Both the position numbers and the translations under genes were made by a program. A stretch of DNA of 61,944 bases, the filler included, from an uncultured Methanosarcinales archaeon (GTDB lineage Archaea; Nanobdellota; Nanobdellia; Woesearchaeales; CAYVYK01), in assembly GCA_964455675.1 (NCBI GenBank). It is 2 parts of 2 records of this genome, joined end to end, with 100 filler letters (N's around TTAATTAATTAA, not from the genome) between each part and the next. Parts side by side here need not be neighbours in the genome. Positions count along the whole stretch, not along the records: positions 1 to 31,157 come from CAYVYK010000018.1; 1 more part is not named here. The stretch is one strand, 5' to 3'. Shown one piece after another: positions 19,835 to 28,630 of the stretch; the first letter of the stretch is position 1; every line of letters begins with the position of its first letter. Below the pieces are notes generated by a model. The model worked only from the letters and a program-made list of their open reading frames with translations. It searched no databases and was not told the DNA's origin.

Positions 19835-21529
19835 ATGAAACCGTGGGGGAAGGCAGCAATCGGAGTCCTTGCGCTTCTGGCGCTCATGCTAGCCGCAGCC
19901 CCAACAAACGCAGCCACCATCGTTGCAAATTCAGACCAATGGCAAAATGTCTATTCAGTCATGGTCTACGCAGCGCTCACTGGGCAGACAAGCAAGTTTC
20001 TCGTGAGCGACAGGCACGGCCCGCTTCTTATCAAAGAAATATCCAGAACCGCACCGGTTGAAATCTACAGCGCGGAAGAGGGAGCATACTTCTACGGATA
20101 CGGAGAATTCGCAAAATCTGAGGGGTATGAGGCAACTGAAGTAGTGACCGATGATTTCAATATGGAGCTCGCACGACTTTTACCATCGAATGTCACGAAC
20201 TTCATCATCATTGATGATGCATATGGATACAATGCCATCGCGGTCGGATCATACGCAGTCCTTAACCATAGCTATGTACTCTTCGCGAAGCGAGAGAACT
20301 TGAACGAAGTACGCGCATACCTTGAAGGCAGAAGCGTTGATCATATCCTTATCTATGGAAACATTGACCGAGAAGTATTTGACGCGCTTAAAGAGTATAA
20401 TCCGGATGTGATCAACGAGGGAGGAGACCGTTTTGCCAACAATGTTGAGCTCGTCAAAAGATACAAGGCAAGCATCGACAGCAGGCAGATCATCCTCACG
20501 AATGGAGAATTCATCGAGAACGACCTCGTCAACGGCGCATACCCAGTCCTCTTCATCGGCAACCAAGAAGTTCCGGAACAGGTGAAAGAGTACATCAAGA
20601 ACAGCAACATCGAAGTAGGAGTCCTCATCGGAAACGAACTCGTCAACACTGCGTCCATTATCAGGAGGCAGATCGGCATCAGCACGTTCGTCAAATTCGC
20701 CAGAGGCGCAAGGGATCCCCAAGGACCTGTCGCACAGATCGAAGGGCTTGACATCTTCTACATGCCCATTATCGACCTCAACCTCAAAATCAACAGGGTG
20801 AGATACAACCTCATCACCAAGCAAGTTGAAATCACATTCGAAAACAGAGTAGAGCAAGGAATCTACTTTAAAGGCACGTACACGCTGCGCGGAAGCGAGA
20901 ACAGCCAGACGTTTGGAGACATCACACCAATATTCATCGATGGACTCGACCAGAAAACGATCACGTATGATATCGATCCCGTCGCTGGCCAGCAAGACCT
21001 GACGTTGAAAGCATACGTCATCTATGGAGAATCAAAAAACTCCCTTGAGCGAGTCATCGATGAGACGTTCACCGTCGAACAAATAGAGTACCTTGATGAA
21101 ACACAGATATCCATCACCAAAGTGGTGTATGACAAGTCCAAGAAGAGATTCATGGTATACCTGCAGAATGTTGGGGAAAGGGACGCATACGCGAAAGGAG
21201 AGATCGTTGACTTCCAGACATTTGATGGACTCCAGACATATACTGCCGACAAAGCAGTGTTCATCCCTGCCGGAAAGAAGAAGACGAGCAACATCGCTAT
21301 CAGCGTCGTCGAAGAAGACCTTGCGGCAAACTCAAAGGTCCTCGCGCGAGCGTACTATGGAGAAAACGAAGACGTCCTCGCGAAAGTCGTCGAGGGCGAG
21401 TTTGACCTCATCATCAGAACTGCAAACATCGCCATGTATGTCCTACTCCTCATCATCATCCTACTCCTCATCCTCATCATCCTTGCAGCAAAACGAAGGA
21501 AGAAAAAGAAAGAAGAAGGAAGCAGCTGA
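19835..21529 (+). CDS. Membrane-anchored protein with cell-wall-binding repeat 2 (CWB2)-like N-terminal region and Ig-like C-terminal domains
   Basis: Signal peptide and alpha/beta repeats with GGDRFANN (compare CWB2 G.DR[YF]ET). C-terminal TM helix followed by KRRKKKK. Confidence 0.65.
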   Translation: MKPWGKAAIGVLALLALMLAAAPTNAATIVANSDQWQNVYSVMVYAALTGQTSKFLVSDRHGPLLIKEISRTAPVEIYSAEEGAYFYGYGEFAKSEGYEATEVVTDDFNMELARLLPSNVTNFIIIDDAYGYNAIAVGSYAVLNHSYVLFAKRENLNEVRAYLEGRSVDHILIYGNIDREVFDALKEYNPDVINEGGDRFANNVELVKRYKASIDSRQIILTNGEFIENDLVNGAYPVLFIGNQEVPEQVKEYIKNSNIEVGVLIGNELVNTASIIRRQIGISTFVKFARGARDPQGPVAQIEGLDIFYMPIIDLNLKINRVRYNLITKQVEITFENRVEQGIYFKGTYTLRGSENSQTFGDITPIFIDGLDQKTITYDIDPVAGQQDLTLKAYVIYGESKNSLERVIDETFTVEQIEYLDETQISITKVVYDKSKKRFMVYLQNVGERDAYAKGEIVDFQTFDGLQTYTADKAVFIPAGKKKTSNIAISVVEEDLAANSKVLARAYYGENEDVLAKVVEGEFDLIIRTANIAMYVLLLIIILLLILIILAAKRRKKKKEEGSS

Positions 21530-21615
21530 ATCTCTTTCTCTTGATTGCATTGATTGACTCTAGCTATATCTCTATTCTAAACGCCTCAACAAGGCAGGGG
21601 GCATGATTCTTCTTA

Positions 21616-21672
21616 TACTTACATTATATTCCTATGCTACATATTTATATACTCAGATTGATACTTACATTA
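21616..21672 (+). promoter_or_regulatory. Promoter with TATA box flanked by two TACTTACATTA direct repeats
   Basis: TACTTACATTA at 21616-21626 and 21662-21672, TTTATATA at 21644-21651, ATG at 21680. Confidence 0.75.
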
Positions 21673-21679
21673 TATCTCT

Positions 21680-22156
21680 ATGAATCCGCGGGTCCAGCAG
21701 CAGTTACGAGCGCTCGAAACAGAATTTCTCAAGCTTGAGCAGGCAGGAATAGCACCTCGAAACGTGTTTTTACGCATAGAGCGAATGATGAAAGCGCGGA
21801 GCGTTCCCATATCCATCTTCCACGAAGAACGACTCGCGCCACTCGAAGCGCTCGTAAAATATCTCCGCGAGGAATGCCAACTATCATATGAAGATATCGC
21901 GCACGTTCTTCGCAGAAATCCGGGGCCCATTGGAGTTACGTACCGCACAGCACGACGGAAAATGCCGGGGCGGCTTGCACTTTCAGGCATGAGGATGGAA
22001 CTCGCCATATTTTCGACCGGACTCTCCATCCTCGAAAGCCTCGCAACACATCTTCACGATTCCGGCATGAGCCTGCATGAGGTAGCACAAGTACTTTCGC
22101 GAAACGACCGCACGATCTGGACTGTTGTTTCCCGCGCTCGGAGGAAGCGATCATGA
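21680..22156 (+). CDS. Tandem-HTH (sigma70 region 4-like) DNA-binding protein, paralog of 18528..19058
   Basis: LAPLEALVKYL...YEDIAHVLRRN and LSILESLATHL...LHEVAQVLSRNDRTIWT. ATGA overlap with 22153. Confidence 0.8.
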   Translation: MNPRVQQQLRALETEFLKLEQAGIAPRNVFLRIERMMKARSVPISIFHEERLAPLEALVKYLREECQLSYEDIAHVLRRNPGPIGVTYRTARRKMPGRLALSGMRMELAIFSTGLSILESLATHLHDSGMSLHEVAQVLSRNDRTIWTVVSRARRKRS

Positions 22157-22977
22157 GGAGGCAACCATTCCTCGGACTGTGCATCATGATGGCCATCCTT
22201 ATTATTACTATTATTACGAGCGCCGACGCAGTTACCTACAGCTACAGCGTACCCGACGGGCCAAACATCACCACATCGAACACGAGCAGACGAACGCTGG
22301 ACGCGAGCGCGCAATACCCCGCATACGCCGGAAACGTCACGATGCTCACCATTTCAGGAATCAGTATCAGCCAGACATGGCAAGGATACTACGGAAACGT
22401 CACCGGCATGATCAACCTTGAAAACGGAGCAAACGAAGTGTTCTACTCATGGGATCTCGTGTACCCAACGGGCGAAGTGTACGCATCAGAAGCAGCGTCC
22501 ATCAACTGGACGGCAGAGAACCTTGATTGCTACCAATTTGATATGGGACGAGAGAGCGTCACGTACCTCTCGCTCCCCGAATATGAGGGATGGGTTGAAG
22601 CACAACCGGCCTATGATGGGTTTGAACTTACCGAAACGAGTCCTGATGGAATCGACGAAACGTTCACGAACGCGACAAACGTCGGTCACACGAGCTTTTA
22701 CGCCGGAGTCAAGTTCTTCAACGGAAGCACGAGTGGAGGACACGTCGCATGCCCAAGCACTCGCACGTACAACGCAAGCGGAGTTGCCGGAACTTTCGAG
22801 GAAGCGATTATCTACGCAACAAGCAACCAAAGGCCGGTGTACGCGGCGATCATCCTCCCCTACGGCGGAAAAGGATTTGATGGACGCACGTGGAACTTCC
22901 AAATGCTCGTACCTGAGAAAGGAAGGGGAGGGGATACGAGCACAACGCCATACTACTTCTACATGGAGCTTGAGTAG
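22153..22977 (+). CDS. Secreted 'GNV...YYFYVEL' family protein, copy D (closest to copy A)
   Basis: Signal peptide. Motifs QTWQGYYGNVTG, GEVYAS, GHTSFY.G..FNGS..GG.VACP, GFDGRTWNFQMLVP, YYFYMELE-stop. Confidence 0.85.
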   Translation: MRRQPFLGLCIMMAILIITIITSADAVTYSYSVPDGPNITTSNTSRRTLDASAQYPAYAGNVTMLTISGISISQTWQGYYGNVTGMINLENGANEVFYSWDLVYPTGEVYASEAASINWTAENLDCYQFDMGRESVTYLSLPEYEGWVEAQPAYDGFELTETSPDGIDETFTNATNVGHTSFYAGVKFFNGSTSGGHVACPSTRTYNASGVAGTFEEAIIYATSNQRPVYAAIILPYGGKGFDGRTWNFQMLVPEKGRGGDTSTTPYYFYMELE

Positions 22978-23091
22978 ATAGTCCGCTTCGTGACTTACCA
23001 TTTATTGAATCATTGATTACGCAATAGGATGCCACAATTGGATAGCAATTCCTAGAAGGGAGGATAGGATTCTTAACGCCGGCGTTATCCC

Positions 23092-23514
23092 TTAGCCAAG
23101 ATACTTCGTCAGTTTCTTTTCCGTTGAAGGCCGGCGCAGTTCCTCGTGCCATGAACGCCCAATCTTACCAGCCTCTTCCATAAAGCGATCTGATAGCTTA
23201 TAGGTACGCTTGTACAAATCATAGTAAATCATACCCATGCTCTTCATGGGCGTCAGGATACGATCATAGAACTGGCGCTTATTATAGGAAAGCTTGACGG
23301 TCTTCCCCTTGTATTCCGGCTCATCAATCTCCGTGATTATTTTTCCCTCATGGAGAGCGGTTGCAAAGTTGGACATCTCAGATTTGGTGATTTCACCATT
23401 CTTTTCCTTCATCGCTTGGAAGAGAAGCTTGGCAACAATCTTTTGCTGCTTAGTTGCAAAAATAACCTCAAACACATCCGCAGGCATATTAAATATGTCA
23501 AACAAAATTACCAT
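23092..23514 (-). CDS. Hypothetical protein, possibly winged-helix DNA-binding
   Basis: 140 aa ORF with GGGGGTG RBS and an upstream TATA-like TTTATA. C-terminal LTPMKSMGMIYYDLYKRTYKLS resembles a wHTH recognition helix plus wing. Confidence 0.7.
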   Translation of the reverse strand: MVILFDIFNMPADVFEVIFATKQQKIVAKLLFQAMKEKNGEITKSEMSNFATALHEGKIITEIDEPEYKGKTVKLSYNKRQFYDRILTPMKSMGMIYYDLYKRTYKLSDRFMEEAGKIGRSWHEELRRPSTEKKLTKYLG

Positions 23515-23677
23515 TACTTACACCCCCAATTGTTGCAAACCACAATTGGTATATAAATATTAACAAAGGCAGAGGCACGTATCAATTAGGCAGTATTATA
23601 CTCTCGGTTATACTTAGGTGGGAGGAGCACTATTCTTATGGGATATGATGAATATAGTATCATAAATGGATACCATC

Positions 23678-23852
23678 TGTAATACTTATGTAATACAATA
23701 AGCATATATACCTCGTGTTTCTTGGTGAGCAGCATGTGTAGTTTTTTTCTGTATACGTATAGTGTAATATACTAATGTCATACATCTTACACTTGTCATA
23801 CAATCATGAATTCTTACCAAATAAAAACATTTATATACATCTAGTGTAATAC
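23678..23852 (+). promoter_or_regulatory. Array of TGT(A/C)ATA(C/T) boxes around a TATA box, candidate RHH operator
   Basis: TGTAATAC at 23678, 23689 and 23845, TGTAATAT at 23763, TGTCATAC at 23776 and 23794. TTTATATA at 23830-23837. Confidence 0.55.
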
Positions 23853-23890
23853 ACACAGCTTACACAAAGATTACATTTCCCCGTGATACC

Positions 23891-24040
23891 ATGGACGACC
23901 ACATCCAAGTTCTGAATGTACGCCTTCCAACAGATGTCGTAGCATGGATTGACAAACTCGTGAAACAAGGCGTCTACTCCAACAGGTCTGAAGCACTGAG
24001 GGACTTCATCCGTGATTACGTCCGGAAGCGACAAGCATGA
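23891..24040 (+). CDS. Small ribbon-helix-helix (CopG/Arc/MetJ) regulator, 49 aa, absent from the ORF track
   Basis: Manual translation MDDHIQVLNVRLPTDVVAWIDKLVKQGVYSNRSEALRDFIRDYVRKRQA. Has the RHH beta-strand and NRSEALR motif. ATGA overlap with 24037. Confidence 0.85.
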   Translation: MDDHIQVLNVRLPTDVVAWIDKLVKQGVYSNRSEALRDFIRDYVRKRQA

Positions 24041-24342
24041 ATACACTCGTCAGCATACGCATACCAAAAAAACTGGTTGAGGAACTTCGCGAAGCAGCGG
24101 AAAAAGACCATTACCTTGATATCAGCGAAGCAATCCGGAGCGTCGTACGCAAGAAATGGATGGAATACAAAGACCCACAAGCGTACCAATTAGAACAGCT
24201 TAAAAAAGAGATCAAGGAAAGAGTCGTCAAGAAAGTCGAAGAACACTCAAACGCACAAAAACAGGATGAGCTCATCCAGGAACTCCGCGAACTACGCGAC
24301 AGCATCCTTAAGAGCATTGACAAAGGTGGAGATCATGCGTAA
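24037..24342 (+). CDS. Ribbon-helix-helix regulator with C-terminal coiled coil
   Basis: LVSIRIPKKLVEEL...YLDISEAIRSVVR followed by heptad repeats. Confidence 0.8.
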   Translation: MNTLVSIRIPKKLVEELREAAEKDHYLDISEAIRSVVRKKWMEYKDPQAYQLEQLKKEIKERVVKKVEEHSNAQKQDELIQELRELRDSILKSIDKGGDHA

Positions 24343-27300
24343 ACTCCACATTATTCTCACATTCCTCGTGGTATTCTGCTTGTGCATGACAGTTCTGTAC
24401 GCTGAGGACCCGGATACTCCGGAAGAACCTGAAGCACCACCAGAACCAACACCAGAACCAACACCCGAAACAACACCAGAAGAAACACCAGAACCAACAG
24501 CAGAACCGACACCAGAACCAACACCCGAAACAACACCAGAAGAAACACCAGAACCAACAGCAGAACCGACACCAGAACCAACACCGTGTGTTGACTGCAG
24601 TCCAGCTAACTCTACAGAACCAACCAATACGACAACGAATACGACGGATCCTGATGGAAATCAGACCGAAGAAGCACCAAGCGACAAACCGGCAAGCACA
24701 CCGGAACCTACAACCGATCCAACGGAGAGAACAAACACAACACTCTTCCCACAGATCAACCAAAATCTCGTGCTCCTAAATGAACTTATTGGAGGAGCAG
24801 TGTTTGGCATCTACACGGACAAACATGCGTATCTACCCACGGAAGACGTGTGGGTCACAATCATCGCTCCCGACCACACCCCTGTTGAACTCATGCTCGC
24901 ATACAACGGGTACAAACAGTACATCAAGATACCAGAAACAAATACGTACCCGATGAACTATCTGCTGCCCCTCCCTCGCAATATCGAAGAAGGGTATTAT
25001 ATCCTTGCCGCAGCAATCCTCCACAACAATAATCCGCTCAGAACACAAACACTATTCCAAATTACATATGATACCCTCCCTGAAAAGACTGTTCCCACAA
25101 GCAAGCCAGGCATCCTAATACTCAGCGAGGAAGTAGAAAACACAGAAACATACACCCCGCCGCAGGAACCAGAGTACTTCAGGAAGGAAAACCTGGAAAG
25201 CACAGAAGCGCAGAAACAAACTGCACCAGAAACCCGAACTGAGGTCGAACTACCAAGAGATACCGGCGGAAGGGCAGTTTCAGGACCTATTGAAGTTGGA
25301 AAACCAGTAAAGTGGCGCAAGACTGTCACGGTCGAGCGACTCGGTGCTGAAGGACAGGAGATTGACCTCCTCGTCCATGTACCAACAAGCGCCCGAAATG
25401 TCGTCACGAAAAATCCCACCGCACGAGCATTCAGCGCGTCCATGGAAGAAGAGGAGATACAGATCAAGGATGAATTTGGAACGAGAAGGGAACAGACATA
25501 CACCATTGAATTTGAGACACCAGGCCCCACTATACATGAAGATGAAACGTTCTACCAAGGAGACCAGCTCAAGAAGAGAGTCACAATCAGCAGCCCAAGT
25601 GACATGGAAGGAGATTATGAGTACCGTGATGTCATCAGCAGAACAGTCGTCGATGAATCACCAAGAGAGCATGTCAGGATCATCTGGTACGAAAACGGCG
25701 ATCTTTCAAACGGACGAGACATCACGGACGAGCCAACATTTGATGTCAAGCTCATGGATACAAACGACAACGGACAGATCGACCTTGTCTCATGGATCAC
25801 ACCACACCTGTCCACGCAAGTATTTGATGTCATCATTGGAATGGACAGCGTCACTGGTGATGACGTAGCTCTCGACGTCAACCTACTCTCCCCAGGTAAT
25901 GGAGAGCACATCAATGAGAGCCCGATAGCAATCCACTACAGGGTTGTGCACAACTCGAGTACAACCGTGAGTTGCTCGGTCTTTGTCGACGAGAGCTTAA
26001 TCGACAACGTGCAGAATGCAACAGGCCACCATGACGCAAACACAACGCTTCTCCTAGAAGAAGGGATACATACGTGGCAAGTGGCATGCACTGATAATCT
26101 TGGCCACAATGCAACTAGTCCGACAAACGCATTTGTGATTGACCTTGCATCACCAAGCATCGAGTTGATCACGCGAAACAACACGCTCACGCTCACAGGA
26201 AGCATCACACTCAACTGGTCCGTCCAAGACAACCTCGCACTCGAGACGGACTGCGAGTTCTATCTCGACGGCCTACTCAACAGAAGCTACATGAGCGTTC
26301 ATTATGATACCGTCCAAACCACATCATTTTCGGGAATCGCAAACGGCACGCACTCATGGAATCTAGAATGCACGGACGAAGCAGGAAACATACAGACAAG
26401 CGAGACATACACATTCATCTCCTACACCGAGCAGGAATTCAACGTACTCCTCGACCAGCCAACATATCGCATCGGTGAGAAAGGATATTTCATCATCACA
26501 GGGCCACACGGAGCGGATGTCATTGTACTCATCAGGCATGCGGAGAGCGGAGAATCAAGCATCTGGAACTACTACGATGCATCATTCCCAATCATAACTG
26601 CAATGAATTTCACCACGCGACAAGGCGAATACACACTCCGGGCAGTGCTCAACCATCTTGGCGCAGTCAAAGAGATTAACCAGACAATCACGGTTGAGAA
26701 CAACATGCATGTAAATATCAGGACGACGGCCGATACGGTCGAGAAAGATCAGTCAATCTCATTCACCGCAGAGGATGCTACAGGAGGAATAGGAGAAAAA
26801 ACATACACCTGGGACTTTAAGGACGACACAAATACGGCAACGGGAACGAGCGTCTCCCACACATTCGCCAAGAAAGGCACATTCAACGTGGACCTCACCA
26901 TGCAGGACAAATATGGAAATGCTAAAAAATTCATCAAACAAATCGTCGTCACGAACAAACAAGATGTGTGGGTCCTTGTGACCGACGAACAGGATCACCC
27001 GATCAAAGATGCAGACGTCTACATCGATGACAACAAGCATGTCACAAACTCGAACGGCTACATCAAGGATATTCTCTTCCCAGGAGAGTACACCCTCCTC
27101 ATCCAGCACCCACTCTACCAAAACAGATACGATGAAGTCGAAGTTACAGGGAATGTCACGCTCACGTACAAGCTCAAGATCAAGAATATTGTAAATGCCA
27201 CAAACTTAACAGTCATCAACCTAAGCAGTGCTATCATTCCAGCCCCAACACCCTCCACAAAAAATAACGAACTGCAACCAACCACGATCCAAACTGATGG

Positions 27301-28624
27301 ATTTGACTCAGCACAGCTTGACGAACTCAAGGAAGCGGTAGAAAAGGCAAAAGACAACCTTGCGAGATATTCGGGACTAGCGGATGAGATGGCACTCGCT
27401 CTCAAACTTCCAGAGAAAAATAAAGAGTTTGAGGCGCAGATAGGCCGCATCGAACGCGATCTTGCGAGTATTAACAGGATAACAAATTCAGAAGAGCGAA
27501 GCACGCGCATCACGGACATCATCGGACTCATGAACACCATTCGAAACGAACTCGTCATAGACATCGAGGCCGGCGGAAAGTACCAATTCGCCCAAGAGCT
27601 TGGAGACGATGATATTGCCGGCATCATAAAGTCATACCTTCAGGGCATTTCTCGAAACCTATCCAAACAAGCTCTCAAAGAGTACCAGCAAGAAGTCAAG
27701 GCTAGCAACAGCAAGACAATCATATCGACAAAAGCCATCAGCGGGGAGATCACCAAGATGGAAGGCAAGGAGGAACTCACCGTGATTGAACAGACCATTG
27801 ATTCCCCATACAAGATCACCAAAGAAAAAATCATCACAGCAGCACCGGACGTGCCAATCAGTTTCAAGGACGACGTCACAACAGATGGCAAGGTCCTTGC
27901 TGGAGTTAACATCATTGAACATACGTCGGAGGAGGACACCGTGAGATTCACCATTGCAGACATTCTCTCAGAAGAACAAGCCAAACAAGTATTCACCATC
28001 ATCATGCCTACACCAAAAGCGAGCACATCAAAAGAGGACAATGGAATCTTCGGAGTGACAGGATTTGCGGTATTTTCCAGCATCGCAGGAGTCGATGATC
28101 CTATCCTTGTCATCGAAATCGTGCTCATTATTCTCCTCATCCTTGTGTACCTTACGTTCCAGTTCAACATCGCGAGCAAGATACTTAAGAGCGGACTAGG
28201 CGGGAAGTTGTTCTCAAAACTGCAAGTCTTTGGCAATAAGAACATGAAACGTTTTGCAGAAATCCAGGAAGACTTCGCAGATATGATGGCAAACCAAAAA
28301 ATTGCGGAAGCGAAAAAGCTCGCAGATGAAGCACGAGCCCTCGCCTCAACAATAAAGGGAAAGAATCAGGAAACCGCGCAAGCGATCGTTACCAAGCTCG
28401 ATGAGGACCTCAGAGTGCGCGAAATCAAGGACAAGATCAATGAGGCGCTCATATTCCTCAAGCTTGACCATCGTGACAAAGCAGCAGCCGCATACACCGA
28501 GATTGCGGCAGACTACAAGGCGCTTCCAAAGAACCTCAAAGCACGCATCGGCAAGGAGTGCACGTATCTCTACGAAAAACTGCTCTCAGACAATCCATTC
28601 CCTAAGATTAAAACAGACGAGTAA
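24335..28624 (+). CDS. Large single-pass surface protein (PE/PT linker, Ig-like, PKD and carboxypeptidase-regulatory-like domains, coiled coil, TM, cytoplasmic helical tail)
   Basis: GGTGGAG RBS before ATG 24335 and a signal peptide. PKD motif YTWDF.D...G.SVSHTF...G.F.V.LT. TM segment ILVIEIVLIILLILVYLTF. Confidence 0.8.
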   Translation: MRKLHIILTFLVVFCLCMTVLYAEDPDTPEEPEAPPEPTPEPTPETTPEETPEPTAEPTPEPTPETTPEETPEPTAEPTPEPTPCVDCSPANSTEPTNTTTNTTDPDGNQTEEAPSDKPASTPEPTTDPTERTNTTLFPQINQNLVLLNELIGGAVFGIYTDKHAYLPTEDVWVTIIAPDHTPVELMLAYNGYKQYIKIPETNTYPMNYLLPLPRNIEEGYYILAAAILHNNNPLRTQTLFQITYDTLPEKTVPTSKPGILILSEEVENTETYTPPQEPEYFRKENLESTEAQKQTAPETRTEVELPRDTGGRAVSGPIEVGKPVKWRKTVTVERLGAEGQEIDLLVHVPTSARNVVTKNPTARAFSASMEEEEIQIKDEFGTRREQTYTIEFETPGPTIHEDETFYQGDQLKKRVTISSPSDMEGDYEYRDVISRTVVDESPREHVRIIWYENGDLSNGRDITDEPTFDVKLMDTNDNGQIDLVSWITPHLSTQVFDVIIGMDSVTGDDVALDVNLLSPGNGEHINESPIAIHYRVVHNSSTTVSCSVFVDESLIDNVQNATGHHDANTTLLLEEGIHTWQVACTDNLGHNATSPTNAFVIDLASPSIELITRNNTLTLTGSITLNWSVQDNLALETDCEFYLDGLLNRSYMSVHYDTVQTTSFSGIANGTHSWNLECTDEAGNIQTSETYTFISYTEQEFNVLLDQPTYRIGEKGYFIITGPHGADVIVLIRHAESGESSIWNYYDASFPIITAMNFTTRQGEYTLRAVLNHLGAVKEINQTITVENNMHVNIRTTADTVEKDQSISFTAEDATGGIGEKTYTWDFKDDTNTATGTSVSHTFAKKGTFNVDLTMQDKYGNAKKFIKQIVVTNKQDVWVLVTDEQDHPIKDADVYIDDNKHVTNSNGYIKDILFPGEYTLLIQHPLYQNRYDEVEVTGNVTLTYKLKIKNIVNATNLTVINLSSAIIPAPTPSTKNNELQPTTIQTDGFDSAQLDELKEAVEKAKDNLARYSGLADEMALALKLPEKNKEFEAQIGRIERDLASINRITNSEERSTRITDIIGLMNTIRNELVIDIEAGGKYQFAQELGDDDIAGIIKSYLQGISRNLSKQALKEYQQEVKASNSKTIISTKAISGEITKMEGKEELTVIEQTIDSPYKITKEKIITAAPDVPISFKDDVTTDGKVLAGVNIIEHTSEEDTVRFTIADILSEEQAKQVFTIIMPTPKASTSKEDNGIFGVTGFAVFSSIAGVDDPILVIEIVLIILLILVYLTFQFNIASKILKSGLGGKLFSKLQVFGNKNMKRFAEIQEDFADMMANQKIAEAKKLADEARALASTIKGKNQETAQAIVTKLDEDLRVREIKDKINEALIFLKLDHRDKAAAAYTEIAADYKALPKNLKARIGKECTYLYEKLLSDNPFPKIKTDE
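24450..24585 (+). repeat. 60-bp coding tandem repeat encoding a (TPEPTPETTPEETPEPTAEP)n linker
   Basis: Exact 60-nt periodicity, about 2.3 copies. Confidence 0.9.
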
Positions 28625-28630
28625 CAACCC

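Noticed and set aside
16491..22977. Calling the GNV...YFYVEL proteins type IV pilins/archaellins or outer-membrane beta-barrels
   Set aside because: Their signal peptides are Sec/SPI-like (AxA) with no class III cleavage motif. The aromatic C-terminal strand does not end in Phe and the context is archaeal.
23891..24342. Type II toxin-antitoxin module
   Set aside because: Both genes are RHH-type, and no PIN/RelE/MazF toxin is adjacent.
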